64,000 nt of DNA from Octopus bimaculoides (taxonomy: Eukaryota), in the NCBI RefSeq assembly GCF_001194135.2, contig NC_068986.1, positions 116,029,599 through 116,093,598 of the forward strand, read 5' to 3'. The notes below the pieces were generated by a model that did not search any database, had not been told where the DNA came from, and saw nothing but the letters and a program-made list of their open reading frames with translations. A program made the position numbers and the translations under genes. Within the stretch, counting starts at the first letter, position 1, and every line of letters begins with the position of its first letter. Positions 49,891 through 63,769 of the stretch are shown one piece after another.

Positions 49891-50059
49891 TTTTTAGATA
49901 AATAGAGCGGCGTACGTACACTTTGGTCTCTTATATATATAGATATCAATATTGCTATTATTATCGAAGACAAAATAAATAGTTAATAATAACAGCAACA
50001 TTAATATAGGTGGTTGCAGGCCTAAAATCGCATTATATAAAATTAGAACTATATCATTG

Positions 50060-50308
50060 ATAAGGAAACACTTTTACGTCTACCTGCTAGAAATGAGAGC
50101 TAAATCTTACATTTAAACAGAAATAACACTGAAAATATTCAAAGAATCAACTGATTGTGTGTGTGTGTGTGTGTGTATCTGAGGGAATTTTTTCGATCCG
50201 TTTCGCCCGACTACTGTTGATTCTGCGAATATTTAGAGTTATTTCGGTGTTTAAAATGCGAGTTTTAGCTCTCATTTCTAGCAGGTAGACGTAAAAGTGC
50301 GTCCTTAT
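50060..50308. mobile_element. Foldback MITE with ~90-bp TIRs
   Basis: cacttttacgtctacctgctagaaatgagagctaaa and its exact reverse complement ending at 50299; arms continue imperfectly inward. Confidence 0.85.
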
Positions 50309-50830
50309 GATTAATATATATATATATATATATATAATACATGAGAGAATGTATTGTAAATAAACAACAGTTAAAAAAAAAACGTATAACGTATATTGAG
50401 TGTACAACCGGACGGGAGACTGAGCCAGAAGAAACCTAATTCTTCATCGGTTATCAACCAGATGATATTACTCCGTTTCGCACCGTTAATGATAAGACTA
50501 AGAACTTATGCTGGCTGTGGGTGCTCGCGAAAGTTACCGAGAATATAGGGCCGAGAGCAAAGAAAACAATACAGAGTGGACGTAGGAAAGTGAGTAAATG
50601 TAATTTTAAGACGATGCACAAAGATGAAATAAATAAGAAACGAGCAAAATATAGTCTCTGGGTCAAAAAGACAAGAATGGGAAGAAATGCTTAGAAGGCA
50701 TCCTAAAGGATTAGAAAACAACAAATAGCAAGCCAGTGGGACCGGTCATCTACACAACGAAACCGGTGTGAAAAAGGAAGACAAAGAAGGGCTGGGCACG
50801 GGTCATGTGTCAGCAGCAGACAGAGGAAAA

Positions 50831-50881
<51 letters not shown>

Positions 50882-52365
50882 CAGAGGGAAAACAAGGGAA
50901 TGGATGAAGGGTAAAAAAGGAGAAAGAGTGAAGGCTAGAAATAGAGTCGCATGGATATATAAAACTTACTGTTAATATATGTGTATATATATATAATGTG
51001 TGTATGTGTGTGTTTGTGTGTATATGTACGTATATATATATAATGTGTGTNNNNNNNNNNNNNNNNNNNNNNNNNNNNNNNNNNNNNNNNNNNNNNNNNN
51101 NNNNNNNNNNNNNNNNNNNNNNNNNNNNNNNNNNNNNNNNNNNNNNNNNNNNNNNNNNNNNNNNNNNNNNNNNNNNNNNNNNNNNNNNNNNNNNNNNNNN
51201 NNNNNNNNNNNNNNNNNNNNNNNNNNNNNNNNNNNNNNNNNNNNNNNNNNNNNNNNNNNNNNNNNNNNNNNNNNNNNNNNNNNNNNNNNNNNNNNNNNNN
51301 NNNNNNNNNNNNNNNNNNNNNNNNNNNNNNNNNNNNNNNNNNNNNNNNNNNNNNNNNNNNNNNNNNNNNNNNNNNNNNNNNNNNNNNNNNNNNNNNNNNN
51401 NNNNNNNNNNNNNNNNNNNNNNNNNNNNNNNNNNNNNNNNNNNNNNNNNNNNNNNNNNNNNNNNNNNNNNNNNNNNNNNNNNNNNNNNNNNNNNNNNNNN
51501 NNNNNNNNNNNNNNNNNNNNNNNNNNNNNNNNNNNNNNNNNNNNNNNNNNNNNNNNNNNNNNNNNNNNNNNNNNNNNNNNNNNNNNNNNNNNNNNNNNNN
51601 NNNNNNNNNNNNNNNNNNNNNNNNNNNNNNNNNNNNNNNNNNNNNNNNNNNNNNNNNNNNNNNNNNNNNNNNNNNNNNNNNNNNNNNNNNNNNNNNNNNN
51701 NNNNNNNNNNNNNNNNNNNNNNNNNNNNNNNNNNNNNNNNNNNNNNNNNNNNNNNNNNNNNNNNNNNNNNNNNNNNNNNNNNNNNNNNNNNNNNNNNNNN
51801 NATATATATAAGGTAAAAAAACACAACAAACAAAAATCGTCAAAACATAACAAGCAGGAAAAGGATGATAGCACAACAACGGCAAACAGGATAAAACAAG
51901 ATACACGGATCGAATGCAGCCAATTGCTTCTTCAGTCGGAGTTTGGAATGTCTACGTAATTTCGTCCAATCCTCTCCGATACTACTCGAAACCAGTTGAG
52001 GCAAGGGCTTAAGCTGAAGATATTAAGCCCCTGAGCAAGGCAAACGAATGTATATATACAAACATAAGGAAATAACAATCAGAAAGGGTCTTATGAGTAT
52101 CAGACAAACGTAACGTAAGAAATAGAATTATACATATACATATAAAAGGGACAAAAGCCTTTCGTCTATACAACAAAAATAAACAAAACAAACGGAGTCT
52201 TTCGACTATCAGACAGTGTAGTAAGACAGTGTATGGAAAAAGGAAATGGAAAAATCTTAACTGACTGGGTGATGAGATAGAACAGAAGAGATGCGGCTGA
52301 CCTCAAAGGCGGTCACTCCTAAAAGGACGGCAGTGCAGACACCGGACACACACACACACACACAC

Positions 52366-52771
52366 GTTGCTGTGTGGAAAGAAACTTGCTTCTCAACCAC
52401 ATGGTTCTGAATTCTGTCCCACTGCGTGGCACCTTGAGGAAGTATCTTCTACCATAGCCTCCGTCCGACTAAAGCCTTGTGAGTGGATTTGGTAGGCGGA
52501 AACTGAAAGAAGCCCGTATATGTATATATATGTATATATTCATGCGTGTGTGTGTCTTTCTGTCTGTGTTTGTCCTTTCACCACCGTTTGACAACCAGTA
52601 CTGGTGTGTTTATGCCTCCGCAACTTAGCGGTTCAATGAAAGACACCGATGGAATAAGTACTAGGCTTAAGAAATAAGTCCGGGGACGATTTGTTCGACT
52701 AAAACCCTTCAAGGCGGTGCTGCAGCATGGCCGCAGTCAAATTACTGAAACAAGTAAGAGAATAAAAGAAT
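52366..52771 (+). mobile_element. SINE family B, full length
   Basis: Head, core, internal (TA/TG)n and tail all align to 60512. Confidence 0.9.
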
Positions 52772-52852
52772 ATATATATGTGTGTATTGTAGGCTGAAAC
52801 TTCGAAGTCACTATAGAATTGTTTTCAAATATAACAGCCTAACACAAATAAT

Positions 52853-53180
52853 AACAAGAGCACTCAGAGAGCGCAAAACTCCGCGAAGGCAGCACCAACA
52901 TCCTCTCAATGATTAGCTGAAGATGATTTTTAAAATGAGAATATCTGAAATAAACTCGATTGTTCTCACAAACGAGAATATTAAAAAGGAATCCGACTGC
53001 TCTCAAAAATTAAGTAAAAAAAAAACGGAAAAATAATCCAGAATCCTTGTCCGTCAGATAGATCCCAAAATCTAATCAGTTCGTGCCAGCCACGCGGCCA
53101 AACCTCCCTGAAAGTTTCATTCGAATCCATCCATCCAAACAAACAAACACGACTGAAAACAATACCTCCGCCTTCGCTAA
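52853..53180. mobile_element. Helentron/HINE-like element, short form
   Basis: Aligns to 34710-35310 without the central ~260 bp; terminal hairpin is truncated. Confidence 0.65.
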
Positions 53181-53574
53181 TAAATAGCTTGATGCGGTTG
53201 GATATAAAATATGTTTTCCTTGCTTTGTTACATCCACCCGTTTGGGCTGTGCCGTGTAGTGCTGGCCCAGGGGGCCCTGTCTTTTAAACGGCGACTGATG
53301 AGAGATACAGTTTTTGAAACATCACGTTCTATAGTGGAAGAGTTGTTATGAGGTAAGATTACACATACTTCCGTTTTATCATGTGACAGTATGAAGCTCT
53401 TTCCGCTTATATTTTTCATTGTATAGTTGTGACTTCGTAAATGAAGGTGATCATTAACTAGTAGCCCTAAATGATTTATAAATCACACGAGCATTTGTTG
53501 AGCACTTTTAATGGAAAATACCCGTCAAGCTACGTGGTGTATACAAACACACACACACACATACATACATGCCT

Positions 53575-55680
53575 CTAATTACGTGGGTTTCACGGAATGC
53601 AAGAGTGGACATAACCTTTTTGTTAACAGACGCAGGTCGTTCAACTTGCACATAATGGTAGAATAACTCTTCTTCTACAACAATGTACCACTCAACATAA
53701 TCTCTGTGGCAGGCCATGCGATTGCTTCATCGCTGAAACTAACTATCGAAATCTCTTTGAAAAATTTTAGGTGTGCATTGTTGAACGCACTTATCTAGAA
53801 TTACTTTCATCGCACCTGTGTCATGAAATCGTTGTCTCCAAAAATTGTCCTTATTGACTCAACAGGTGGATGTCGGAGAGCTCGAGATCCGGGCTCTGCG
53901 GTGTACCATTGACCAGTTCAACTCGCCGATTGCCTAACTTTTCGAAGATGTGTGTGATCGCGCATAGTCGTGGTGAAAATGGATCATTTTCAGATTCGTG
54001 TTCGGTTTCTTCCTCTCAATTGCTTTTCCAAGCGAATACCTCGTTAATCACGGTAATTCAAGGAGAATAACGCCCTCATCATTCCCTAAAACAATTGTCT
54101 TGATTTTCTCTGCCGATCGTTGGTTTTCGAACTTCTTGGACCCCGAAGAAGGAGTGCGGTGCCATTTAATGGACTGAGCTTTGGTTTCTGGATCATGAAG
54201 ATATGCTCACGTTCAGTGGCAGCTTGTAGATAAAATTAGTTGGGGTGCTGCTTCAGAAAATGTTTAGTCGTTGTTTTAATATTGTGTAAAAGGAAACAAA
54301 CATATAAAAAGAAAATTTATACATAAACTTGATCGGTTTGCGTTTTAGCCACTGCTGGGTAGTGTGTTTAATTTGTTCACTTAACACCGCCGCGAATTCC
54401 CCCTTGGTTTTTCAAAAATCCTCCTTAAATCACAAAATAAGGGGGAAAAATCTGCCCTATTTTTCAAATCTCGGCAGCAACACTAGCTGGAAGCAGGTTA
54501 ATAATCTAATTCTACACTTTATCACATTCAAGAATATAAACACGTTTTTAAGCACAACACACGCTGAGTAAGAAAAGACACTACTTTTCACCAGCACACC
54601 ACAGTGCTCTCTATCCCTAACGGGAAGCTTCCTATCTCGAACATGTGAGCTTGCGCAAAACAACCAAACACCGCGTCGCTGGAACTGTGAAGCGCACAGT
54701 TCTATACAAGGGTTTTGCATTTTTTCATAAACTAAGGGATGGCTACTGACATTAAACTTAAGGATTATATAATGAACAAGTATAAAGAAAGAATTAGAGA
54801 CAAAAGGACTCATTATATTGAATGTTATTGGTAATATCAAGTGGAAATAAGGGGTGCCGCTGTTCCGCAGTTCCTATACACGAGCCACCACTGCTCACGT
54901 TTCATTCTCTGTCACAAGATAGGAAAAACGAGGTTTCATTGGCGTCCAACGCTTCCAGCATATCAAAGCAAACTTCTTCCTTTCTCTTCTTTAAATCCGT
55001 TGTAAACTCCCGTCTTATTCCCTTTGTACAAATCTTCCAACACTCAAAGATTTCCACCATCTTTTGTAATGCAGAACAACCCCAGTCCAGTCGTGCCACT
55101 AGCTCACGGGTTGTGATTCTTTTGTCCACTCGTTGATGATTCATGCCAATGGTCACAGTTGATGGCCCCTCATAGCATGGATTGTCTTTAATGCTGCTTT
55201 CCCGTGCTTTAAATTTCATTCATCCCTCGGTGAACATTGCTCTTATCAATGATGTCATCTTCGTAAACAGACCATAACTTTCTGTGGATGTCGGAGAATC
55301 TACGCCTCCTTCGTTAAGGACTCAATGATGACATGTTGATTCTGCTTGGAACCTGTTATATGCCTGCGATGAAGGACAGGAAGAGTTACGAAAGAGTTAC
55401 TCTACAAACATTTGCGATTTGAACGACTCATGCTAGTTAATAAAGAAGTGATATCCACTTTTCCATTACTTTCCTTACAACCCTCGGACGATCTATTATG
55501 TGCAGTATGAATGTATTTTTTACTAAATATATCTAGTTCTCGGAATTTAATTGCACTGTGTGCACTCTGGGGTAGTTTTCCATGAAAGATATTTTCATCC
55601 GGTTGGATATGAATAAATACTTTTGGTATACACTTCCGTTCCGGTTAGTTTACATTCCTCCCACGTAACTATAAGCCATA
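53575..55680 (-). mobile_element. Mariner transposon, decayed and split by a hAT MITE
   Basis: KRITTRELVA, VTENET* (GDETW site), HDPETKAQS, HHDYARSH and PQSPDLELSDIHL; outer boundaries approximate. Confidence 0.8.
54214..54893 (-). mobile_element. hAT MITE copy 1
   Basis: TIRs cagtggcagcttg / cgagccaccactg; exact 8-bp TSD ctcacgtt at 54206-13 and 54894-901. Confidence 0.9.
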
Positions 55681-55883
55681 CATTGGTGGTTACAGAGCGA
55701 GACTGTCTTTTAAACACTGCCGAGTGAGAGACATTGAGTTCTCGCAACAGAAAGTTCTATATAAATGGAACTTGCTACAAGGCAAACTCATACTTATTTT
55801 CTTTATACCGTTTATCAAACATTGGATCTTTCCGTTTGTTTAATTTTTTCTCAAAGTATAGAGTTTATGCCATGGTCCCAAAA

Positions 55884-56830
55884 ATTATGTTGGAAAGAAA
55901 GTTCCGTCGCATTTCAAAATGGCAAAGAAACGGAGGCATTTTTTTGACTTAATTGATATATTTAATGAAGCAGATATTTCATTTCATTATTGATAACATT
56001 CTCCCATCTGTTTGCTTAATTGTTGACCCTGTCCTCGGAGGTAAGTTCTTCAAATCTCGAAGCAAAGAAGCATTCAATAAAATTTTTAATATCTCAATTT
56101 TTTCAATTAACGAAATGCTTTCCTTTTAAATAAAGTTGCAAAGAACTGAAAAGATGCCAGTCAAATAGAACAAGGTCGAAAGAGTTAGGAGAATGAAGCG
56201 AAACTTCCATATTTAGGGCTATAACGTTTTTTCAAGTGACTGGGCAATGTTTGGTTTTGCATTATCATATAAGACCAACACCCTTTTACGACTGACCAAT
56301 GACGGACACTTTTTCTGCAAGCATTTGTGCAATGCTTCTAATTGACGACAATACTTCTCCGCATTAAATGTTTCGTTTTGGTTTTAACACTTCATAGTGT
56401 TAAATAGACGACAGCCATCATATCCCACCAAATGCAGAACATAACTTTTTTGTGGGTCTTGGTTTCTGAATTGATTTTCCTTTTTCATTGGGCGCTAACC
56501 ATTGTCGTTTCCGTTGAATATGATTACAGTGAAACCATATTTCATCACTTATGAAAAGTTCGGCAGCAAATCTATTCTTCAATGAGAAAGAGAGAGAAAC
56601 TGGTTGATTAAATTAGGAAGCAGTTAGATGATGAGGGACCCATTAACCAAGTTTAGCCCCTTTTTCTCTTTCAGGAAAGTGTTTTGTGATCGAAGTGTGA
56701 CTTGAACAGTTTTGCTAACTCTCGGGTAGTTTGCTTTGGATTTTCCACAACTACGGTTTTCAGACGTTCATATTGAAATAATTTGGTCGTCCAGATCGAG
56801 GGAAAGAAAGCTTTTCCGAGTAAAATGTGC
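55884..56830 (-). mobile_element. Mariner (Mos1-like) relic
   Basis: RSGRP, YDNAKPN and HSPNSFDLVLFDWHLFSSLQ motifs; TIR-like tatgttggaaagaaagttccgtcg at the left end. Confidence 0.7.
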
Positions 56831-57289
56831 GTGTTAGGGGGCAAGGACTAAAAATCTCATTTCAGCAATTTAGATAGAGATCTGGGTGCTGAGTTGTTTA
56901 ATATGGTTCTTTTCTCAGTTAAGCATAGTCCACATTTTTCTATTGCAATTGAATATGATATCACTGCACAGATTCTGATTCTACACGAATACCAACCCCT
57001 TACTCCTACACACGTTTCCAGAAAACTCTTGAAGTCTTACAGAATCTCAGAGGACATTTCGTACCAAGGGACATAACTTTTGATATAAACCCAGTTCGTT
57101 TCGTCTTTTTTCACAACACCCTCAGCGTTTAATGAAGGCTTCACCATCCATAAAAATAAAGGGTTAATGAGGTATGCAGGGCTGTTTATATGCAGCACGA
57201 ATAGCCAATGCTACACAGAATAAGATGGAAATAATAAATAGACAGTTACGAATGTTTTACAAAATGAAGGCGGTTACTAGAAGTTTCCA

Positions 57290-57650
57290 GTCACATTTAG
57301 AGTGAATGGGTGTGTGCAGAGAGTGCCGCTGCATCCCGTCTCCCAGTGCAGAAGTCGACGTCTCATCAGGAAGTAAAGCAGTTCTTTAGGCGTTGTGTTC
57401 CATTCCACCGTGACACCAGAGCTGCTCGGTGCCACCCGCCGATGCAAGTGTCAAAACTCACGCATAACAGAACGAGCTTTGTTGAATTAAATATTACCAC
57501 TCTGGGCCAGATGTTTCTACCATCCTCAATGCTCTCTTTTGCTGCATCACTCATCCTTCTCTTCAGCCAGATGCAATGACTTGCTGTCTCTGCGGCTTCT
57601 GATAATTTTCAGGCAACATTTAGTCTCTCCTTTACAGCTTGTCCAAGGCT
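57290..57650 (-). mobile_element. Very decayed RTE 3' fragment
   Basis: IFNSTKLVLL resembles LFNSTVLP..LY; RRRLLHW resembles RRLRW. Confidence 0.35.
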
Positions 57651-59248
57651 CCCGAGCATCGAATGATCCCTGGTTCCAACAAATCCTTTAACGACTTTCT
57701 TTAGTGATTTCGGTCCATTCTTTCCAATAACTCCTGTTTTTATTAGAACCAGTAAAATTCATTGTCGAGATGTGAGCGAATATTATATAACAAGAACTGA
57801 ACAAACGTTTCCTAGTCATCCTGAAAATTATTTTATCACACAAAACAAATTAGCATGTATGCTCAGTAAAAAAAGAAGAAATAACCATGTTAAATTTAGA
57901 GCGATTAATTAACTAAAACGGAAAGAAATCATGAAACAAAGACTAATTATATATAAATAAAAATAGCTATCGTCACAACCCAGTCTCCGGTTGATACATT
58001 ATCCCTGACAGTCATTTGTTCAGCTGCGTGTAATGGAGGCATCATTAACAGCATTGAGAAAGAGTTAATAAGCTGTGTCGAGATTATGAAGCACGAGCTG
58101 TCGATACTCTACGGAAAAAGCCGGAAATATCAAATAGACGCATAAAGCAATTTACAAAGAATANNNNNNNNNNNNNNNNNNNNNNNNNNNNNNNNNNNNN
58201 NNNNNNNNNNNNNNNNNNNNNNNNNNNNNNNNNNNNNNNNNNNNNNNNNNNNNNNNNNNNNNNNNNNNNNNNNNNNNNNNNNNNNNNNNNNNNNNNNNNN
58301 NNNNNNNNNNNNNNNNNNNNNNNNNNNNNNNNNNNNNNNNNNNNNNNNNNNNNNNNNNNNNNNNNNNNNNNNNNNNNNNNNNNNNNNNNNNNNNNNNNNN
58401 NNNNNNNNNNNNNNNNNNNNNNNNNNNNNNNNNNNNNNNNNNNNNNNNNNNNNNNNNNNNNNNNNNNNNNNNNNNNNNNNNNNNNNNNNNNNNNNNNNNN
58501 NNNNNNNNNNNNNNNNNNNNNNNNNNNNNNNNNNNNNNNNNNNNNNNNNNNNNNNNNNNNNNNNNNNNNNNNNNNNNNNNNNNNNNNNNNNNNNNNNNNN
58601 NNNNNNNNNNNNNNNNNNNNNNNNNNNNNNNNNNNNNNNNNNNNNNNNNNNNNNNNNNNNNNNNNNNNNNNNNNNNNNNNNNNNNNNNNNNNNNNNNNNN
58701 NNNNNNNNNNNNNNNNNNNNNNNNNNNNNNNNNNNNNNNNNNNNNNNNNNNNNNNNNNNNNNNNNNNNNNNNNNNNNNNNNNNNNNNNNNNNNNNNNNNN
58801 NNNNNNNNNNNNNNNNNNNNNNNNNNNNNNNNNNNNNNNNNNNNNNNNNNNNNNNNNNNNNNNNNNNNNNNNNNNNNNNNNNNNCACACACATACACGCA
58901 TGTATATATGATGTTCTCATACATCTTTTTCTACATACATACACACATAAATATATACGTACATGCATACATACATACATACATACATACATACATACTC
59001 ACGCATATATTTAGGTATACACGTGCAAAATAAAACACAGACACATCTGCACACAGGCCTTAGACACAGCTTTATATGAGAAAACACGGAGCACGTTTAA
59101 AGTTAGACAAAACTGTCATCAGACTTGACATGTTTGATGAAGTATTTATCTCCGGGTGATGTGCGTGTATATGTAGCACTGTGTGTGCGTGTGTATGTAT
59201 GTATGTATGTATGTATGTGTGTGTGTGTATATATATATNNNNNNNNNN

Positions 59249-59287
<39 letters not shown>

Positions 59288-60511
59288 CATGTATATATGA
59301 TGTTCTCATACATCTTTTTCTACATACATACACACATAAATATATACGTACATGCATACATACATACATACATACATACATACATACTCACGCATATATT
59401 TAGGTATACACGTGCAAAATAAAACACAGACACATCNNNNNNNNNNNNNNNNNNNNNNNNNNNNNNNNNNNNNNNNNNNNNNNNNNNNNNNNNNNNNNNN
59501 NNNNNNNNNNNNNNNNNNNNNNNNNNNNNNNNNNNNNNNNNNNNNNNNNNNNNNNNNNNNNNNNNNNNNNNNNNNNNNNNNNNNNNNNNNNNNNNNNNNN
59601 NNNNNNNNNNNNNNNNNNNNNNNNNNNNNNNNNNNNNNNNNNNNNNNNNNNNNNNNNNNNNNNNNNNNNNNNNNNNNNNNNNNNNNNNNNNNNNNNNNNN
59701 NNNNNNNNNNNNNNNNNNNNNNNNNNNNNNNNNNNNNNNNNNNNNNNNNNNNNNNNNNNNNNNNNNNNNNNNNNNNNNNNNNNNNNNNNNNNNNNNNNNN
59801 NNNNNNNNNNNNNNNNNNNNNNNNNNNNNNNNNNNNNNNNNNNNNNNNNNNNNNNNNNNNNNNNNNNNNNNNNNNNNNNNNNNNNNNNNNNNNNNNNNNN
59901 NNNNNNNNNNNNNNNNNNNNNNNNNNNNNNNNNNNNNNNNNNNNNNNNNNNNNNNNNNNNNNNNNNNNNNNNNNNNNNNNNNNNNNNNNNNNNNNNNNNN
60001 NNNNNNNNNNNNNNNNNNNNNNNNNNNNNNNNNNNNNNNNNNNNNNNNNNNNNNNNNNNNNNNNNNNNNNNNNNNNNNNNNNNNNNNNNNNNNNNNNNNN
60101 NNNNNNNNNNNNNNNNNNNNNNNNATGTATGAATTGAAATGTACCTGTAATTTGTATATATATATATCTATATATATGTCTTATGTATGTATTTTCATAT
60201 GAATGTATCTATATATGCATGAATCTATGTACATATGTACGTATGTATGTATGTATGTATGTATGTATGTATGCATGTATATGTGTGTGTGTGTGCATGT
60301 ATATAAGTATGCAGGTATGTATATAAGTCTGTATGCATTTGCATACATGTACACGCGTAGACGTACCTGTATAGTTTAATCTTTACCTATTTACAGGTAC
60401 GTATTGGTTATGTCTACACAGGTGTACATATACACTCGCCATTAGCTAGTCTGAAAACATCTACTTAAAACTTCAAACTTCTACATACCTTCACAGTGAT
60501 ATTAATTGTCT

Positions 60512-60672
60512 GTGCAGGAGTGGCTGTGTGGTGAGAAGCTTGTTTCCCAACCACATAGTTCCGGGTTCAGTCCCACTGCATGACATCGTGGGCAAGTGTC
60601 TTCTACTATAGCCTCAGGCCAACCAAAGCATTGTGAGTGGATTAGGTAAACTGAAACTGAAAGAAGCCCATC

Positions 60673-60724
<52 letters not shown>

Positions 60725-60975
60725 ATATATATGCATATACACATATGTGTATGTATATATGTATGTATGTATTTGTGTGTCTGTGCTTGTTCCCCCACCA
60801 TCGCTTGACACCCCATGTTGGTGTGTTTACGTCCCTGTAACTTAGTGCTTCGGTAAAAAAGAACCGATAGAATAGATGATAGGCTTACAAAGATTAAGTC
60901 CTGGGGTCGATTTTTTTCAACTAAAGGCAGTGCTCCAGCATGGCCGCAGTCAATGACTGAAACAAGTAAAAGAAT
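60512..60975 (+). mobile_element. SINE family B, full length
   Basis: ggagtggctgtgtgg head, gggttcagtccc box, gggcaagtgtcttc core, internal microsatellite, tail. Confidence 0.9.
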
Positions 60976-61500
60976 ATAAATTAACTTAACGAATTTCTGG
61001 TTTTCTGGAGACCAAGTTTGCAAGACAGGCTCTGAAACAGTCCGTTACACAACTCGGTACCCCTATACATAAGTGCGAGGACGAAATTTGCTTACGGAGT
61101 TCAAACCCAGGTCCAATATTTTTTTACAAACAACGTCGATTATTTTCTATCTTAATATCAAAACAAACACAATTAAAATAAATCCATTTCTGGAAGAGTA
61201 ATCTTTCAAACCAGTCCAAAAGTGTTTCTCCCCACATTCAACTTGGCATTTTCCTGCAGGATGATTATAGCGTTTCCATTGCCCGCAAAAAGTTTTAGGG
61301 AAAGTGCTCGCACTCCCTGCTCCCTCTCTTCCCGAGCCTCTGTCGCTATAAACATACATTTAGCCGCCATTAAAAACATCCTTATAAACACAGATACCAA
61401 TTGACAGTTAGGGTCCAGTTATAATATCAGCAGATTTTTCATTAGTTCAGCAGAAATAGCTTTTATTTATTTTATCTTTATCATTAATGTTACTTCTTAT

Positions 61501-62356
61501 AGGCGCAGGCATGGCTGTGTGGTTAAGAAACTTGCTTTTCAAATCACGAGGTTTCGGGTTCAGTCCTACTCAGTGGCGCCTCGTGTATAAGAACTGCGGA
61601 ACTGCAGCACCTCCTATTTCCACTCGATATTATCGATAACATTCAATATAATGAGTCCTTTTTTCCCTTTAATTCTTTCTTTATACTTGTACATTATGAT
61701 GCTTAAACTTAATGTCAGTAGCCATCCCCTGGTTTACGAAAAAATACAAAAATCCTTGTATAGAATTGTGTGCTTCACAGTTCCAGCGACACGGTGTTTG
61801 GTTGTTGTGTGCAAGCTCACATGTCCGAGATAGGAAGCTTCACACTAGGGAGGTAGAGCACTGCATGAACGACAGTGCCGGGTGAAAGGTCGTGTTTCTT
61901 TTCGACTCAGCGTGTGTTGTGCTTAAAAACGAGTTTATATTCTTGAATGTGATAAAGTGTAGAATTAGATTATTATCCTGCTTCCAGCTTCAGTGTTACT
62001 GCCAGGATTTGAAAAATAGGGTACATCTCCCCCACCTATTTTGTGATTTAGGGGATATTTTTGAAAAAGAAAGGGGAATTCGCAGCGGTGTCCAGTGAAT
62101 AAATTAAACACGCTACCCTGCAGTGGCTAAAACGTGAACCAATCAAGTTTATGTATAAATTTTCTTTTTATATGTTTGTTTCCTTTTACACAATATTAAA
62201 ACAACGGCTAAACACTTTCTGAAGCAACACCCCCAACTAATTTTATCTTCGAGCCGCCACTGGTCCTACTGCACAGCAACTTGGGTGAAGCTCTTCTATT
62301 ATAGATCTGGATTAACCAATGCCTTGTGAGGGAATTTGGTAGACGGAAACTGCGTG

Positions 62357-62398
<42 letters not shown>

Positions 62399-62745
62399 CC
62401 TATTTATATATTTTCAGGATTAAATAAAAAGGCAATAAACGGAAAATCTGAAATACCTCCCCCTCTCTCTCTCTGTATATATATATAGATATATATATAT
62501 GAATGATATATACATACATACACACACAGACACACACACACACACACAAACATATATATATTGTTGAAATTTACAGAAAATTTACACAAAAACAAAATAA
62601 CCCCACCGTTTGATAACTCATAACTTAGCAGAACGGCAAAAAAGAAGGATAGAATAAGTACCAGGTTTAAATATTATACAGGGGACGATTTGTTCAAGGT
62701 GCCCCAGTATGGCCGCAGTCATATGAGTGAAACAAGTAAAAGATA
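61501..62745 (+). mobile_element. SINE family B split by a hAT MITE
   Basis: Head 61501-61570 resumes at 62263 after the duplicated gtcctact. Confidence 0.8.
61571..62262 (+). mobile_element. hAT MITE copy 2
   Basis: TIRs cagtggcgcctcg / cgagccgccactg; exact 8-bp TSD gtcctact; alignable end to end with 54214-54893. Confidence 0.9.
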
Positions 62746-62901
62746 AAAACTGTATACGTGTGCATATATGGAGAGAAGTTGGAAGACCTGTATGTGTGTA
62801 TGTATACTTGCGAGTGAATGTAAGTATTTATGGGTGTAAGTATGGCTGTACATATGTGTGTATGTATGTTTGTTGGACTGAATGTTACATACACATGCAG
62901 A

Positions 62902-62932
<31 letters not shown>

Positions 62933-63769
62933 ATGTATGTATGTATGTATGTATGTTTGTATGTATGAATGTATGCGTGTGTATGCATGTATTTTTCTTT
63001 GGGATTAAGCTGTTCACTAAGTGTATATATGCATTCGTGTATGTTATGTCCATGAATGGTGTGTATATACTTCCTATTGATAAATATATTGATCTCCTTG
63101 CTTTCGCTATCTCCCTCTCTCGATGTATATATATATATATATATATNNNNNNNNNNNNNNNNNNNNNNNNNNNNNNNNNNNNNNNNNNNNNNNNNNNNNN
63201 NNNNNNNNNNNNNNNNNNNNNNNNNNNNNNNNNNNNNNNNNNNNNNNNNNNNNNNNNNNNNNNNNNNNNNNNNNNNNNNNNNNNNNNNNNNNNNNNNNNN
63301 NNNNNNNNNNNNNNNNNNNNNNNNNNNNNNNNNNNNNNNNNNNNNNNNNNNNNNNNNNNNNNNNNNNNNNNNNNNNNNNNNNNNNNNNNNNNNNNNNNNN
63401 NNNNNNNNNNNNNNNNNNNNNNNNNNNNNNNNNNNNNNNNNNNNNNNNNNNNNNNNNNNNNNNNNNNNNNNNNNNNNNNNNNNNNNNNNNNNNNNNNNNN
63501 NNNNNNNNNNNNNNNNNNNNNNNNNNNNNNNNNNNNNNNNNNNNNNNNNNNNNNNNNNNNNNNNNNNNNNNNNNNNNNNNNNNNNNNNNNNNNNNNNNNN
63601 NNNNNNNNNNNNNNNNNNNNNNNNNNNNNNNNNNNNNNNNNNNNNNNNNNNNNNNNNNNNNNNNNNNNNNNNNNNNNNNNNNNNNNNNNNNNNNNNNNNN
63701 NNNNNNNNNNNNNNNNNNNNNNNNNNNNNNNNNNNNNNNNNNNATATACACATACATACATACACACAG

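Noticed and set aside
53294-53330. CTGATGA...GAAAC hammerhead-like spacing
   Set aside because: Stem II is mostly wobble pairs, stem I is absent, and there is no supporting repeat context.
58884-59436. ~165-bp exact direct duplication (58884-59045 and ~59274-59436)
   Set aside because: Both copies sit at contig ends beside gaps, so an unmerged overlap or allele is the likely cause.
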